Shown one piece after another: positions 29,206 to 39,430 of a DNA stretch of 64,000 nt (position 1 is the stretch's first letter; each line of letters begins with the position of its first letter). Source of the stretch: Flavobacteriales bacterium. Lineage in GTDB: Bacteria > Bacteroidota > Bacteroidia > Flavobacteriales_C > GCA-002722245. The notes below the pieces were generated by a model. The model saw only the letters and a program-made list of their open reading frames with translations, was not told where the DNA came from and did no database searches. The stretch is from the NCBI GenBank assembly GCA_029251005.1, contig JAQXEE010000157.1, positions 645 through 64,644 of the forward strand. The letters run 5' to 3'. The translations under genes and the position numbers were made by a program.

Positions 29206-31835
29206 TGACTGAAGAAGCTCAACAAAAAATTAAACCATCTTACACAAAGTTTGTAATTACCTTTTGGGTGATTTTCACTCTGGGTTTTGGAACAGTTTAT
29301 TATATTTTCAATGGTATTGCTAACGACGATTTGATGGGTGAACTACCTTCTTTTGAGCAATTAGAGAATCCTAGTACATCATTAGCAACTCAACTTTTAT
29401 CTTCCGATGGTAAACAATTAGGTACAATTTTCAAAGAAAACCGATCCCTCGCCAAATATTCAGAATTGTCTCAACATTTAATAGATGCTTTAGTAGCTAC
29501 CGAAGACGAACGCTTTTTTGATCATAGTGGGATTGATGGTAAATCATTAGCGCGCGCTATTCTTAAAGGGGGTAAATCTGGTGGTGGTTCTACCATTACA
29601 CAACAATTAGCAAAAATGCTTTTTACAGAGCAGGTCGTCAAAAACAAAGTTGAGCGCGCTAAGCAAAAACTAAAAGAGTGGGTTGTTGCGGTTCAACTAG
29701 AAAAGCAATATACAAAAGAAGAAATTGTTACGATGTATTTTAATACGTTAGACTTTGTAAATAACGCAGCGGGGATTAAATCCGCTTCTAATGTTTATTT
29801 TAATACACAGCCCGAAGATTTAAAAATTGAAGAAGCAGCGATGTTTGTTGGGATGGCAAAAAATCCAGCATTATTTAACCCTATGAGGAGGCCCGATACA
29901 ACTCTTTTTAGACGAAATGTAGTGTTTTCTCAAATGCTTAAAAATGAAAAAATATCTAAAATAGAATACGATAGTTTAAGATTATTACCACTTGGGTTAG
30001 AGTTTACAAGAGCTTCTCACAGAAGTGGCGTAGCTACTTATTTCAGAGAAGAAGTACGAAAGAAATTAAAGAATATTTTTAAGACTTTAAGAAAACCCGA
30101 TGGACAGAAATACAGCATCTACCAGGATGGATTAAAAATTTACACTAGTATTAATTACGATATGCAAAAGTATGCTGAAAATGCTGTTAAAACGCATTTA
30201 GGAAAAGAATTACAACCTGCATTTTTCAAGCATTGGAAATCTAAATCAAGAGGATTAAAAAAGTACGCTCCATTTTATTTTGAAGATTACACAGATGCTG
30301 AAAAAGCGAATTCTGTTGAAAGTTTAATTAAAAGAGGAATTAGAACATCTAGTAGGTATAAAAAAGGATTAGATGCAAGACCAACGCTTAAAAAAGTTAC
30401 CTACGCTTACAATCGGGCTTCTTACAAAAATCAACGCTGGGTAAACAAAGTTAAAGCGTTTGATGATAAACGATATTTGGTTCAGCAAGAGTTGAATCGT
30501 TTAAACAAAGACACGACGAATGCTAGAGCCATTTTAAGAGAAAAAGATCGGGTGAGGGATGAGATCGAAGTTTTTCAAGACAGTATAGACTTTAATAAAA
30601 AGAAAATTAAATCTTTTAAAAGTGAACTTTCCGAAAAAAAATCTGCCTATTTAAAATTATGGGAACCATTTGATCGTGTAATGATGGCTAAGTTTGATGA
30701 TAAAATTAGAATGAAAGTTTTCACTTGGAACGGAGAACGAGATACTTTGATGAGCCCTAGGGATTCTGTTATTCATCATAAATGGTATCTACGATCAGGC
30801 TTATTATCTATTGATCCTCATACGGGTTTTATTCGTGCTTGGGTAGGTGGGATAAATTATAAATATTTCCAGTACGATCACGTAAGAGCAACTCGTCAGG
30901 TTGGATCAACATTTAAACCATTTGTTTATGCAACTGCTATTGAAAACGGAGTAAACCCTTGTGAAGAGTACCTAAATGAAGAAGTGACATTTCCAGCAGG
31001 GTTATATGGATTAGAAGAACCATGGAAACCAAAAAACGCAGGAGGAGAATCAAATTTAGACGGTCAATCTTTAACGTTAAAAATTGCATTAGCTAATTCA
31101 GTGAACTCTATTACAGCTAGAATTATGAAGAATTTCGGTCCTGAAGCAGTAATTAATGTTGCTCGAAGATGTGGGATTTCAACTCCTATCGACCCTGTTC
31201 CTTCAATTTGTTTAGGTACTCCTGATGTATCACTTTATGACATGGTATCTGCTTATTGTGTTTTTGTAAATAAAGGTATTAGAATAGAACCTCAGTTTAT
31301 AACTAGGATTGAAGATAAAAACGGATCTGTAATTTGGCGACCAGTACCAGAAAGGCGCGAAGCAATGACGGAAGAAAATGCCTATCGAATGATTGAGTTA
31401 TTAAGTGGTGTAGCTGCTTATGGTCCAAAAGTAGGCGGGAAAGCAACCTATGGAACAGGAGTTCGGTTAAGATCTCCCAACCGTCCATATGCTAAAATCC
31501 CATACTCGGTTAAAATATCAGGAAAAACAGGAACTACTCAAATGCAAAGTGATGGATGGTTTATGGGTATGACTCCTGATTTAGTTACAGGAGTTTGGAC
31601 AGGTTGTGAAGACCGCGCAGCTCATTTTCTATCCTTAAGATTAGGCATGGGAACTAACATGGCACTACCTATTTGGGGATATTATATGAATAGTATTTAC
31701 AAAAATCCAAAACTAAAAATATCTAAAGGAGATTTCATCAAGCCAGAGTCGTTGAAAAACGAAGAATTCGATTGTGCTAAACGTAAAGCTAACTTCCAAA
31801 ATACATCACAGAATGTGGATTTCGACGAGTTTTAG
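29205..31835 (+). CDS. mrcA: Penicillin-binding protein 1A (bifunctional glycosyltransferase/transpeptidase)
   Basis: GT51 motifs EDERFFDHSGID and GGSTITQQLAK. Transpeptidase STFKP (SxxK), SVN and KTG (KISGKTGTT). Confidence 0.9.
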   Translation: MTEEAQQKIKPSYTKFVITFWVIFTLGFGTVYYIFNGIANDDLMGELPSFEQLENPSTSLATQLLSSDGKQLGTIFKENRSLAKYSELSQHLIDALVATEDERFFDHSGIDGKSLARAILKGGKSGGGSTITQQLAKMLFTEQVVKNKVERAKQKLKEWVVAVQLEKQYTKEEIVTMYFNTLDFVNNAAGIKSASNVYFNTQPEDLKIEEAAMFVGMAKNPALFNPMRRPDTTLFRRNVVFSQMLKNEKISKIEYDSLRLLPLGLEFTRASHRSGVATYFREEVRKKLKNIFKTLRKPDGQKYSIYQDGLKIYTSINYDMQKYAENAVKTHLGKELQPAFFKHWKSKSRGLKKYAPFYFEDYTDAEKANSVESLIKRGIRTSSRYKKGLDARPTLKKVTYAYNRASYKNQRWVNKVKAFDDKRYLVQQELNRLNKDTTNARAILREKDRVRDEIEVFQDSIDFNKKKIKSFKSELSEKKSAYLKLWEPFDRVMMAKFDDKIRMKVFTWNGERDTLMSPRDSVIHHKWYLRSGLLSIDPHTGFIRAWVGGINYKYFQYDHVRATRQVGSTFKPFVYATAIENGVNPCEEYLNEEVTFPAGLYGLEEPWKPKNAGGESNLDGQSLTLKIALANSVNSITARIMKNFGPEAVINVARRCGISTPIDPVPSICLGTPDVSLYDMVSAYCVFVNKGIRIEPQFITRIEDKNGSVIWRPVPERREAMTEENAYRMIELLSGVAAYGPKVGGKATYGTGVRLRSPNRPYAKIPYSVKISGKTGTTQMQSDGWFMGMTPDLVTGVWTGCEDRAAHFLSLRLGMGTNMALPIWGYYMNSIYKNPKLKISKGDFIKPESLKNEEFDCAKRKANFQNTSQNVDFDEF

Positions 31836-31934
31836 TATTACATAGTAAACTTGTGCAATTAAACTTGCTAGTCTTTACATCAGTTTTTATGCAAAAAATA
31901 AATCGTTGGTTTAATACGAGAAGTTAACGGTTGT

Positions 31935-33161
31935 TTATGCTTCTTTTTCTAAAAGAATTTCTTTCGCCATTTTCATTGGAACAGAAATGTACTTTTTTTC
32001 CATGTAAGCGAGCATTTTATCAAGAACTTCTTTGTTTTCAACAGTCATGGCATCCATTTCTTTTATGAACACTTCGTTCATGGCCAATTCTTTGATTTCT
32101 TTAATTTTTTGAGGAACTGCCTTCATTGCTAATTCAACTTTTCGTTCCTTGAACGCCAATTTAAATGCAATGATTTGTTCTTCAATCAATGTTTGACAAA
32201 CGGTAAGTTCTTTTTCTCTCTTTTTAAGGTTTGATTTTGAGACTTCTTTTAAGGCTTTAATTTCAATGTAATTTACGTTGTTCTTTTCGATTACTTCTGG
32301 ATGAATGTCGTAAGGTACAGCAATGTCAATAATTGTCTTTTTATTCGTTTCTTTTCCTAACAGATTTTTATAAATTTCTGGAGTAACAACATGGTCCTCA
32401 CTTCCAGTACAAGTTACCAGTAAATCAAAACCCTCGTTAAAAGTTGAAAGTTGGTCTAAGCCTAAAGCTCTACCACCAATGTGATTCGTTAAGGATTCTG
32501 CTTTTGATAATGTTCTGTTAAATAGTGTCAGGTTTTTTAATCCGTGTTTGCTCAAAAATCTACACATATTTGTGTTTGTTTCTCCAGCACCAACAACTAA
32601 AATTCGAGAATTGTCTTTAATTCCGACTTCTCTCAACTTTCGATAAGCTAGTGAAACGATGGAAATAGGATTTTTTGCAATGTTCGTTTTTGTGTAAATT
32701 TCTTTAGCGGATTCGATTGTTTTGTTAATTAGTAATCGAATAATTGGTCCTGTGAGTTCAAGTTTAGAACATTCATCAAATGATTTACGCACTTGAGTTA
32801 TGATCTCTCTTTCTCCTACAACGAGTGAATCTAAAGAAGAAGCAATCTGAAAAGTGTGTTTAACGGCTTCTTCTCCTTCAAACATTTTACAGTTTTTTAA
32901 AGCCCATTTGATGTCGGAATCATCCCAATCAGGATTGAAAACAGAGAAAAAAGAATAATTAAAACTTTCATTTAATTCTTCATCATGTACAAACATGAAC
33001 TCAACTCGATTACAAGTTGAGAGGTACATTAATTCAGAAATTCCAAGGTTTTTTAGTCTAGATAGACGCTCTTTCCTCTTGGCTACATCAATGTGCAACT
33101 TACCGATATTTGAGATATCAGTGGTCTTATGAGTGAATGCTATTACCTTTAATTCTTTCAC
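31935..33161 (-). CDS. hemA: Glutamyl-tRNA reductase
   Basis: LSTCNRVEF active-site motif. Rossmann NADPH site ILVVGAGE. Confidence 0.85.
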   Translation of the reverse strand: MKELKVIAFTHKTTDISNIGKLHIDVAKRKERLSRLKNLGISELMYLSTCNRVEFMFVHDEELNESFNYSFFSVFNPDWDDSDIKWALKNCKMFEGEEAVKHTFQIASSLDSLVVGEREIITQVRKSFDECSKLELTGPIIRLLINKTIESAKEIYTKTNIAKNPISIVSLAYRKLREVGIKDNSRILVVGAGETNTNMCRFLSKHGLKNLTLFNRTLSKAESLTNHIGGRALGLDQLSTFNEGFDLLVTCTGSEDHVVTPEIYKNLLGKETNKKTIIDIAVPYDIHPEVIEKNNVNYIEIKALKEVSKSNLKKREKELTVCQTLIEEQIIAFKLAFKERKVELAMKAVPQKIKEIKELAMNEVFIKEMDAMTVENKEVLDKMLAYMEKKYISVPMKMAKEILLEKEA

Positions 33162-33363
33162 AGTATTGTTTACACTGTAAATTTCCCCAAAGAGAGGCAG
33201 TGCTTTGTCATAGTATTGTCAGGTTGCGACTAAATATGATTTGAATCATATTTTAAAATGAATCTATATAAGCTATAATTCAAGGGTTTTCAACAATAAA
33301 TTTTTAACGTTTATTAGGTAGAATCTAATTTTTGGACGAGTAGATTTATATATTTTTACAAAT

Positions 33364-34251
33364 ATGTCAACTGATGAAGGGAAATATTCAAACTGGAGAA
33401 CTACTACATCTTATATTTCCACGGCAATAAGTATTGCAATGGTAATTTATGTTGTAGGGTTGTTAGGCCTTGTATTAATGAAGGGTAAGGTTTTAGGAGA
33501 TTCTTTTAAAGAGAAGTTTGCTTTTGAAATATATCTTAAAGAAGGTGTAAAAGATATCGAAATAATGCAACTTAAAAAAGAGTTGGATTCAGAAGATTTT
33601 GTAAAGAAAACCGTTTGGAAAGATAAAGAGGACGCCTTAAAAGAATACTTGGCTGAAGTTGACCCAAAAGAAAACTTTACGATGAATTTAGGGGCTAACC
33701 CATTGCCTCAAAATATTGATGTTTATTTCGAAGCTGATTTTAACCATCCGGATAGCATTACTGGATTAAGAAATGAATTGCAAGAAAATCCTATCGTAGA
33801 TGATTTAAGGTATCCAAGAGATTTGTTATTTATGGTGTACGAAAATATCAATAAAATTAGTTTAGCCTTGTTAACCGTGAGTGGATTATTATTGATTATT
33901 GCAATCGGATTAATATCAAATACGATTCGATTGCGCGTTTATTCTCAACGATTTATTATTAAAACCATGCAGTTAGTAGGCGCTAGTAATTGGTTTATCC
34001 GGAAACCTTTCTTTTGGAATGGTATAGTGCTAGGCTTCCTAAGTGGAATAATCGCAGTTTTTGCCTTAGCGGGAACTTTGAAAATTATTTACGACTTTTG
34101 GCCTGCGTTTCAGGATGAATTACAAAATGTAACATTGGATTTGATACTTTATGGTATAATGCTGATTATTGCGATTGGGATTTCATGGTTTGCAACTCAA
34201 TTTGCAGTTGGACGCTTTTTAAGATTAAAAACAGAGAAATTATATTACTAA
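33364..34251 (+). CDS. ftsX: Cell-division permease-like protein FtsX
   Basis: 295 aa. One TM, a periplasmic domain, then three TM helices. It lies in the ftsX-DUF3098-uppP-truB block. Confidence 0.7.
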   Translation: MSTDEGKYSNWRTTTSYISTAISIAMVIYVVGLLGLVLMKGKVLGDSFKEKFAFEIYLKEGVKDIEIMQLKKELDSEDFVKKTVWKDKEDALKEYLAEVDPKENFTMNLGANPLPQNIDVYFEADFNHPDSITGLRNELQENPIVDDLRYPRDLLFMVYENINKISLALLTVSGLLLIIAIGLISNTIRLRVYSQRFIIKTMQLVGASNWFIRKPFFWNGIVLGFLSGIIAVFALAGTLKIIYDFWPAFQDELQNVTLDLILYGIMLIIAIGISWFATQFAVGRFLRLKTEKLYY

Positions 34252-34252
34252 T

Positions 34253-34528
34253 ATGAGTGATAACAATTCAAAATTCGTTTTCGAAAAGAAAAATTATGTA
34301 ATGATGGCTATTGGTTTCGCTATTGTGATTATTGGGTTTATGTTAATGGCAGGTGGAAAATCGGAAGATCCTAATGCATTTAACCCTGATGAAATATTTA
34401 GTCATAGGAGAATTACTTTAGCCCCATTAATGGTATTAATTGGTTTTGCTGTGGTTGGTTTTGGGATAATGCTTAAAACTAAAACCGACGAAGATGCAAC
34501 TGTTTCAACAGATGTAATTGAGGATTAA
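34253..34528 (+). CDS. Small membrane protein (DUF3098-like)
   Basis: 91 aa, two TM helices. Translationally coupled (ATGA overlap) to the flanking genes. Confidence 0.5.
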   Translation: MSDNNSKFVFEKKNYVMMAIGFAIVIIGFMLMAGGKSEDPNAFNPDEIFSHRRITLAPLMVLIGFAVVGFGIMLKTKTDEDATVSTDVIED

Positions 34529-35319
34529 TGGAAATTATTGATGCAATTATAATTGGAATTATCCAAGGATTAACCGAGTTCTTACCAGTAAGTAGTAGTG
34601 GTCATATTGAATTGGCAAAAGAGGTTCTTAATGCTAGCGTTCCGGGTGAAAATAATATGTTGTTAACAATTGTTTTACACGCTGCTACGGCTTTAAGTAC
34701 AATTGTTATTTTCCGCAAAGAATTATTAGAAATTGTTAAAGGTTTATTTCAGTTTAAATGGAACGATGAATTTAAGTTCTCGTTAAATATTGTTGTTTCT
34801 ATGATTCCGGCGGTAATTATTGGTTTAGTATTTGAAGAGGAAATCGATACTTTTTTTGCCGGGAATGTATTGCTTGTGGGCTTGATGCTTTTAGTAACAG
34901 GTGTTTTGTTGTTTTTAGCGGATAAATCTAAAAATACAACAAAGAGCGTTGGATTCCCAGAAGCTGTAACCATTGGAATATCTCAAGCAATAGCGATCTT
35001 GCCAGGAATCTCCAGAAGTGGTGCTACAATAGGAACTTCGGTAATGTTAGGAATAGACAGAACAAAAGCGGCTAAGTTTTCTTTTTTAATGGTGGTTCCT
35101 TTAATTTTTGGAAAAATTGCAAAAGATCTTTTAAGCGGAGAATTGGTTATTAATTCAGAAGAATCCATAGCTATGGGAGCTGGCTTTTTTGCTGCTTTCG
35201 TAACAGGACTTATTGCTTGCACTTGGATGATCTCGCTGGTTAAAAAGAGTCAATTAAAATATTTTTCATACTACTGCTTTGCTGTAGGAATAATCGCAAT
35301 TGGATATGCTGCCTTTTGA
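34528..35319 (+). CDS. uppP: Undecaprenyl-diphosphatase
   Basis: LPVSSSGH and PGISRSG signature motifs. Confidence 0.9.
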   Translation: MEIIDAIIIGIIQGLTEFLPVSSSGHIELAKEVLNASVPGENNMLLTIVLHAATALSTIVIFRKELLEIVKGLFQFKWNDEFKFSLNIVVSMIPAVIIGLVFEEEIDTFFAGNVLLVGLMLLVTGVLLFLADKSKNTTKSVGFPEAVTIGISQAIAILPGISRSGATIGTSVMLGIDRTKAAKFSFLMVVPLIFGKIAKDLLSGELVINSEESIAMGAGFFAAFVTGLIACTWMISLVKKSQLKYFSYYCFAVGIIAIGYAAF

Positions 35320-35992
35320 TGTGATTTCTGATAAAAAATTCGAGGAATACAACGAAGAAGAGTTAAAATCGGGTGCTGTTTTTTTGGTTGATAAACCATT
35401 AGATTGGACATCATTCCAGGTTGTAAACAAGCTTCGATGGATTATTCGAAAAACGTTTAAGATTAAAAAGATAAAAGTTGGTCATGCAGGGACATTAGAT
35501 CCTTTGGCAACTGGTCTTTTAATTATCTGTGTTGGGAAAAAAACCAAAGAGATTGATACCTATCAAGGCAAAGAAAAAGAATACACAGGAACAATTACAG
35601 TTGGTGGCACAACGGCTTCTTTCGACTTAGAAGAAGAGATAGATCAAACTTTCCCAACTGAACATATTACAGAGGAAGAACTTCAGGCTGCGGCTTTAAA
35701 ACTTACGGGGGAAATTGAACAATATCCTCCTGTTTTTAGTGCTGTGAAAATAGATGGGAAAAGAGCTTACGAAAGTGCTCGTAAAGGGGAAGAGGTGAAA
35801 GTGAAACCACGTCAGGTTTCTATTTCTAAGTTTGATATTGATACTTCTGAATTTCCAAAAGTTCATTTTACAATTATTTGTAGTAAAGGAACCTATATTC
35901 GATCGATGGCTTCTGATTTTGGGAAGTTGTTAGATAACGGAGCGCATCTTTCTGCTTTAAGAAGAGAGCGTATTGGTGAATTCTCACTTTAA
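35300..35992 (+). CDS. truB: tRNA pseudouridine(55) synthase TruB
   Basis: HAGTLDPLATGLL catalytic Asp motif. The start overlaps the end of uppP. Confidence 0.9.
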   Translation: MDMLPFDVISDKKFEEYNEEELKSGAVFLVDKPLDWTSFQVVNKLRWIIRKTFKIKKIKVGHAGTLDPLATGLLIICVGKKTKEIDTYQGKEKEYTGTITVGGTTASFDLEEEIDQTFPTEHITEEELQAAALKLTGEIEQYPPVFSAVKIDGKRAYESARKGEEVKVKPRQVSISKFDIDTSEFPKVHFTIICSKGTYIRSMASDFGKLLDNGAHLSALRRERIGEFSL

Positions 35993-36127
35993 CCTTATTG
36001 AATAAGTATTTATTGTTTTAATCAAATGAAGTGCATTTTTTGATGATTGCGGTGAAAAGACCTTTTATTAAAACCCCGTTTTTATTCCAAAAAACAGCAT
36101 ATTAAGCTCTAAATAATTTATAAAATT

Positions 36128-36619
36128 ATGAAAAACGCAAAATACTGGGTTGAAAACCTAAATTTACTTCCACATCCAGAAGGTGGCTTTTTTAAAGAAG
36201 TTTATAGATCATCCGCCTCTTTTGAACCAATCAATTTTGATGGGAAGAGAAATTACGCAACAAGTATTTACTTTTTGTTAGAGGAAGGAAATGTGTCTAA
36301 TTTCCACAGCATCAAATCGGATGAGATATGGTATTATCATGCTGGTGATGCTTTATCCGTTTTTGTAATTGGTTTAGATGGTAAACTTCATGAGTTGAAA
36401 ATTGGACCAAATCCGGATAAAGGAGAGGTGCTTCAAGCAATGGTTCCGGCACGATCGGTTTTTGGGTCAAAAAGTAACGGTAAATATTCCTTAGTAGGTT
36501 GTATGGTTTCTCCAGGCTTTGATTTTAATGACTTTAAACTAAATACTACTTCAGAATTATTGGAAAGGTACCCTGATTATCATGTAATTATTAAAGAATT
36601 ATCAAAAGACAAGTACTAA
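36128..36619 (+). CDS. Cupin-fold protein (DUF985/Cupin_5-like)
   Basis: LLPHPEGGFFKEVYRS N-terminal motif typical of DUF985 cupins. Confidence 0.5.
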   Translation: MKNAKYWVENLNLLPHPEGGFFKEVYRSSASFEPINFDGKRNYATSIYFLLEEGNVSNFHSIKSDEIWYYHAGDALSVFVIGLDGKLHELKIGPNPDKGEVLQAMVPARSVFGSKSNGKYSLVGCMVSPGFDFNDFKLNTTSELLERYPDYHVIIKELSKDKY

Positions 36620-36686
36620 GGGTTTTCAGGCAATAAATGCTGTAAATACAGTTGGTTAGAAGAAAAGCAAACAGTACCTTTAGAGC

Positions 36687-39389
36687 ATGAAGAAAACGAT
36701 TGTTTTATTCCCTTTATTAGCTTTAATAATCTATTCATGCCAGTCTTTAGTAAAAGAGGTTAATCAAGAAGTAAAATTAGTTAAAGTTGAATCTGATTTA
36801 AAAAAGGAAAATAAATACACTTACCAAGCATCCGAAAAAAGAATATTCGATCTGCTACATACAAGCTTAGACGTTACGCCAGTTTGGGAAAAGCAGGAGC
36901 TAGAAGGGAAAGCTGTTTTAACCGTAAGACCTTATTTTTATAGCACAAAAATATTGACGTTAGACGCAAAAGGAATGACCATTAAGTCGGTTGGTATGCT
37001 AGATTCCACTGCCCAAGTTCAGCCTTTAAAATTTGAATATGATTCTCTTCAAATCCAAATAATACTTCCGGCAAAATATGAAAGAACAGATACGTTCAAA
37101 GTTCAAATAGAATACACTGCAAAACCAAATGAGTTGGCAGGAAATGGAAGTAAAGCAATTAATGATGATAAAGGGTTGTATTTTATTAATCCACTTGGTA
37201 GAGATCAATTTAAACCTCAACAAATTTGGACACAAGGAGAAACAGAAGCTTCATCGGCTTGGTTTCCAACTATTGATGCTCCAAACGAAAAGACGACTCA
37301 AGAAATTAAAATCACTGTAAATCCAAAGTTTAGCACTCTTTCTAATGGCTTATTAATAAGTAGTAAAACTAATGCAAATGGTACCAGAACTGATTACTGG
37401 AAGCAAACAAAACGACATGCGCCATATTTATTCATGATGGCTGTGGGAGAATTTGCTGTGATAAAAGATAGTTGGAGAGGTATTGCAGTAAACTATTTAG
37501 TGCCACCAAAGGATAGTGTTTACGCTAAAGGTGTTTTTGGAAACACACCAGAAATGTTAACTTTTTATTCGGATGTTTTAGGATACGACTATCCATGGGA
37601 TAAATACAATCAGATTGTTGTTTCGGATTATGTTTCGGGGGCAATGGAAAATACTGGAGCCGTGATTCATGGTAAATGGGTATTCACTACTCCCGAACAA
37701 CAAATAGATGAAAATCATGAAGACGTCGTTGCGCATGAATTATTTCATCATTGGTTTGGAGACTTAGTGACTTGTGAATCATGGAGTAATTTACCATTAA
37801 ATGAGAGTTTCGCAACTTATGGGGAGTACTTATGGATTGAGCATAAATATGGAAAATTAAAGGCAGATCGTCATTTAAGAATTGACATGTTGAACTACTT
37901 TGCTGATACGCCTAGAGTTGATTTAATTCGATTTCATTACAACGATAAGGAGGATATGTTTGACCGTCATACGTATGAAAAAGGTGGAAGGATATTACAT
38001 ATGTTAAGAGACTTAGTTGGAGATGACGCTTTTTTTGAATCGTTGAAATTATACCTTCATACAAACGAATTTAATACGGTTGAAATTCATCAACTAAGGT
38101 TGGCTTTTGAAGAAGTTACAGGGATGGATTTGAATGTGTTTTTTAATCAATGGTTTTTAAACAAAGGACATCCTGTTTTGGATGTTCGCTATGAATCAAA
38201 ATCAGATTCTTTATTAATAATAGTTAAACAAGTTCAATCGCTAAATTTCCCAACGTTTGAGTTCCCTGTAAGTATTGATGTTTATGCTGGTGGTGAACCA
38301 AAACGGAAAGAAATATTTATTTCAAAGCGTGAAGAAACCTTCTTGTTTAAAGGTTTGGGTAATCCTGAAGCGATTAATTTTGATGCCGAAAAGGTATTGT
38401 TGGCTAAAGTTAAACAAGATATATCACCAGAATCTGCATTGGTGCTTTATCAAAACGGGAAAAATTACGGAACAAAGCTGGAAGCTTTATTAGCTATTAA
38501 CAGAGATACATCGGTTATTGCCTGGGAATTGTTAAATAAGGCAAGTAAAGATACTTTTGAGCATTTTAGAAAAATCAGTTATTATTTATGGAACCGAATT
38601 GATGAAGGTAGAACTGAGGAGCATAAAGAGAAATTATTAGATGTGTTTGCAAATGATTTAAGTGCGCACGTTCGTTTGGCTTGTTTAAACTCACTAGGTT
38701 CTTCTTGGTCCGAAGACAGTACGTTGATTCCACTTTATAAAAAGGCTTTAAAGGATTCGTCCATAAATATTAAACTTTTAGGATTAGAGTTGCTTTCGGA
38801 TATTGCTAGAGAGGATGCGTTACTAAGAGCTTATCAATTAGAGAATTTAACGGATGCTAGAGTAATTACAACTTTAGCTAGACTATATGCTGATGTAAGA
38901 GATGAAAGTAAGCGTAAATGGTACAATTGGGCTTTAAAACAAGTTGAAGCACGTAATAAAAACTACGTTATTGAAAAATATGCAGTGTACTTGTCGGAGA
39001 AAGGGAATGAGGTTGTTTGGAAAGGTTGTAAGGCATTGAAGGAGGAAGCTATTTATGAAAACAATAAAGACGTTAGAGGTGCCGCTGGATTAGCATTACA
39101 TTCTCTAAGAAACAGAAATATTGAGCGCATTCTGGATATCCGAAGAGATATTAAGGATCAAAAGGAATCGTCAATAGGAAAACCTTATGACCTTAAATTA
39201 TTGGAAGAAAAGCACCAGGAACTGTTGGCGCATGAAGAACGTTTGATTACTTTGATTAAAAAGGTAGTTGAAGTTGAGGTAAATCAAAGGATTAGAGATT
39301 TATACGCTGAGAACAGATTGTTAGATACAGAACTCCCTGCTTTTGAGGGAATTCATGCGGAAGAGGTACTTAAGAAAGAGGAGAAATAA
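36687..39389 (+). CDS. M1-family zinc aminopeptidase (lipoprotein) with a C-terminal HEAT/ARM-like repeat region
   Basis: GAMEN motif and HELFHHWFGDLVT(x18)E zinc site. Lipobox IYSCQS. Confidence 0.85.
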   Translation: MKKTIVLFPLLALIIYSCQSLVKEVNQEVKLVKVESDLKKENKYTYQASEKRIFDLLHTSLDVTPVWEKQELEGKAVLTVRPYFYSTKILTLDAKGMTIKSVGMLDSTAQVQPLKFEYDSLQIQIILPAKYERTDTFKVQIEYTAKPNELAGNGSKAINDDKGLYFINPLGRDQFKPQQIWTQGETEASSAWFPTIDAPNEKTTQEIKITVNPKFSTLSNGLLISSKTNANGTRTDYWKQTKRHAPYLFMMAVGEFAVIKDSWRGIAVNYLVPPKDSVYAKGVFGNTPEMLTFYSDVLGYDYPWDKYNQIVVSDYVSGAMENTGAVIHGKWVFTTPEQQIDENHEDVVAHELFHHWFGDLVTCESWSNLPLNESFATYGEYLWIEHKYGKLKADRHLRIDMLNYFADTPRVDLIRFHYNDKEDMFDRHTYEKGGRILHMLRDLVGDDAFFESLKLYLHTNEFNTVEIHQLRLAFEEVTGMDLNVFFNQWFLNKGHPVLDVRYESKSDSLLIIVKQVQSLNFPTFEFPVSIDVYAGGEPKRKEIFISKREETFLFKGLGNPEAINFDAEKVLLAKVKQDISPESALVLYQNGKNYGTKLEALLAINRDTSVIAWELLNKASKDTFEHFRKISYYLWNRIDEGRTEEHKEKLLDVFANDLSAHVRLACLNSLGSSWSEDSTLIPLYKKALKDSSINIKLLGLELLSDIAREDALLRAYQLENLTDARVITTLARLYADVRDESKRKWYNWALKQVEARNKNYVIEKYAVYLSEKGNEVVWKGCKALKEEAIYENNKDVRGAAGLALHSLRNRNIERILDIRRDIKDQKESSIGKPYDLKLLEEKHQELLAHEERLITLIKKVVEVEVNQRIRDLYAENRLLDTELPAFEGIHAEEVLKKEEK

Positions 39390-39430
39390 TTGAGCTCTTT
39401 GGATATAGCCGAGAGACTAATCAAATTACA

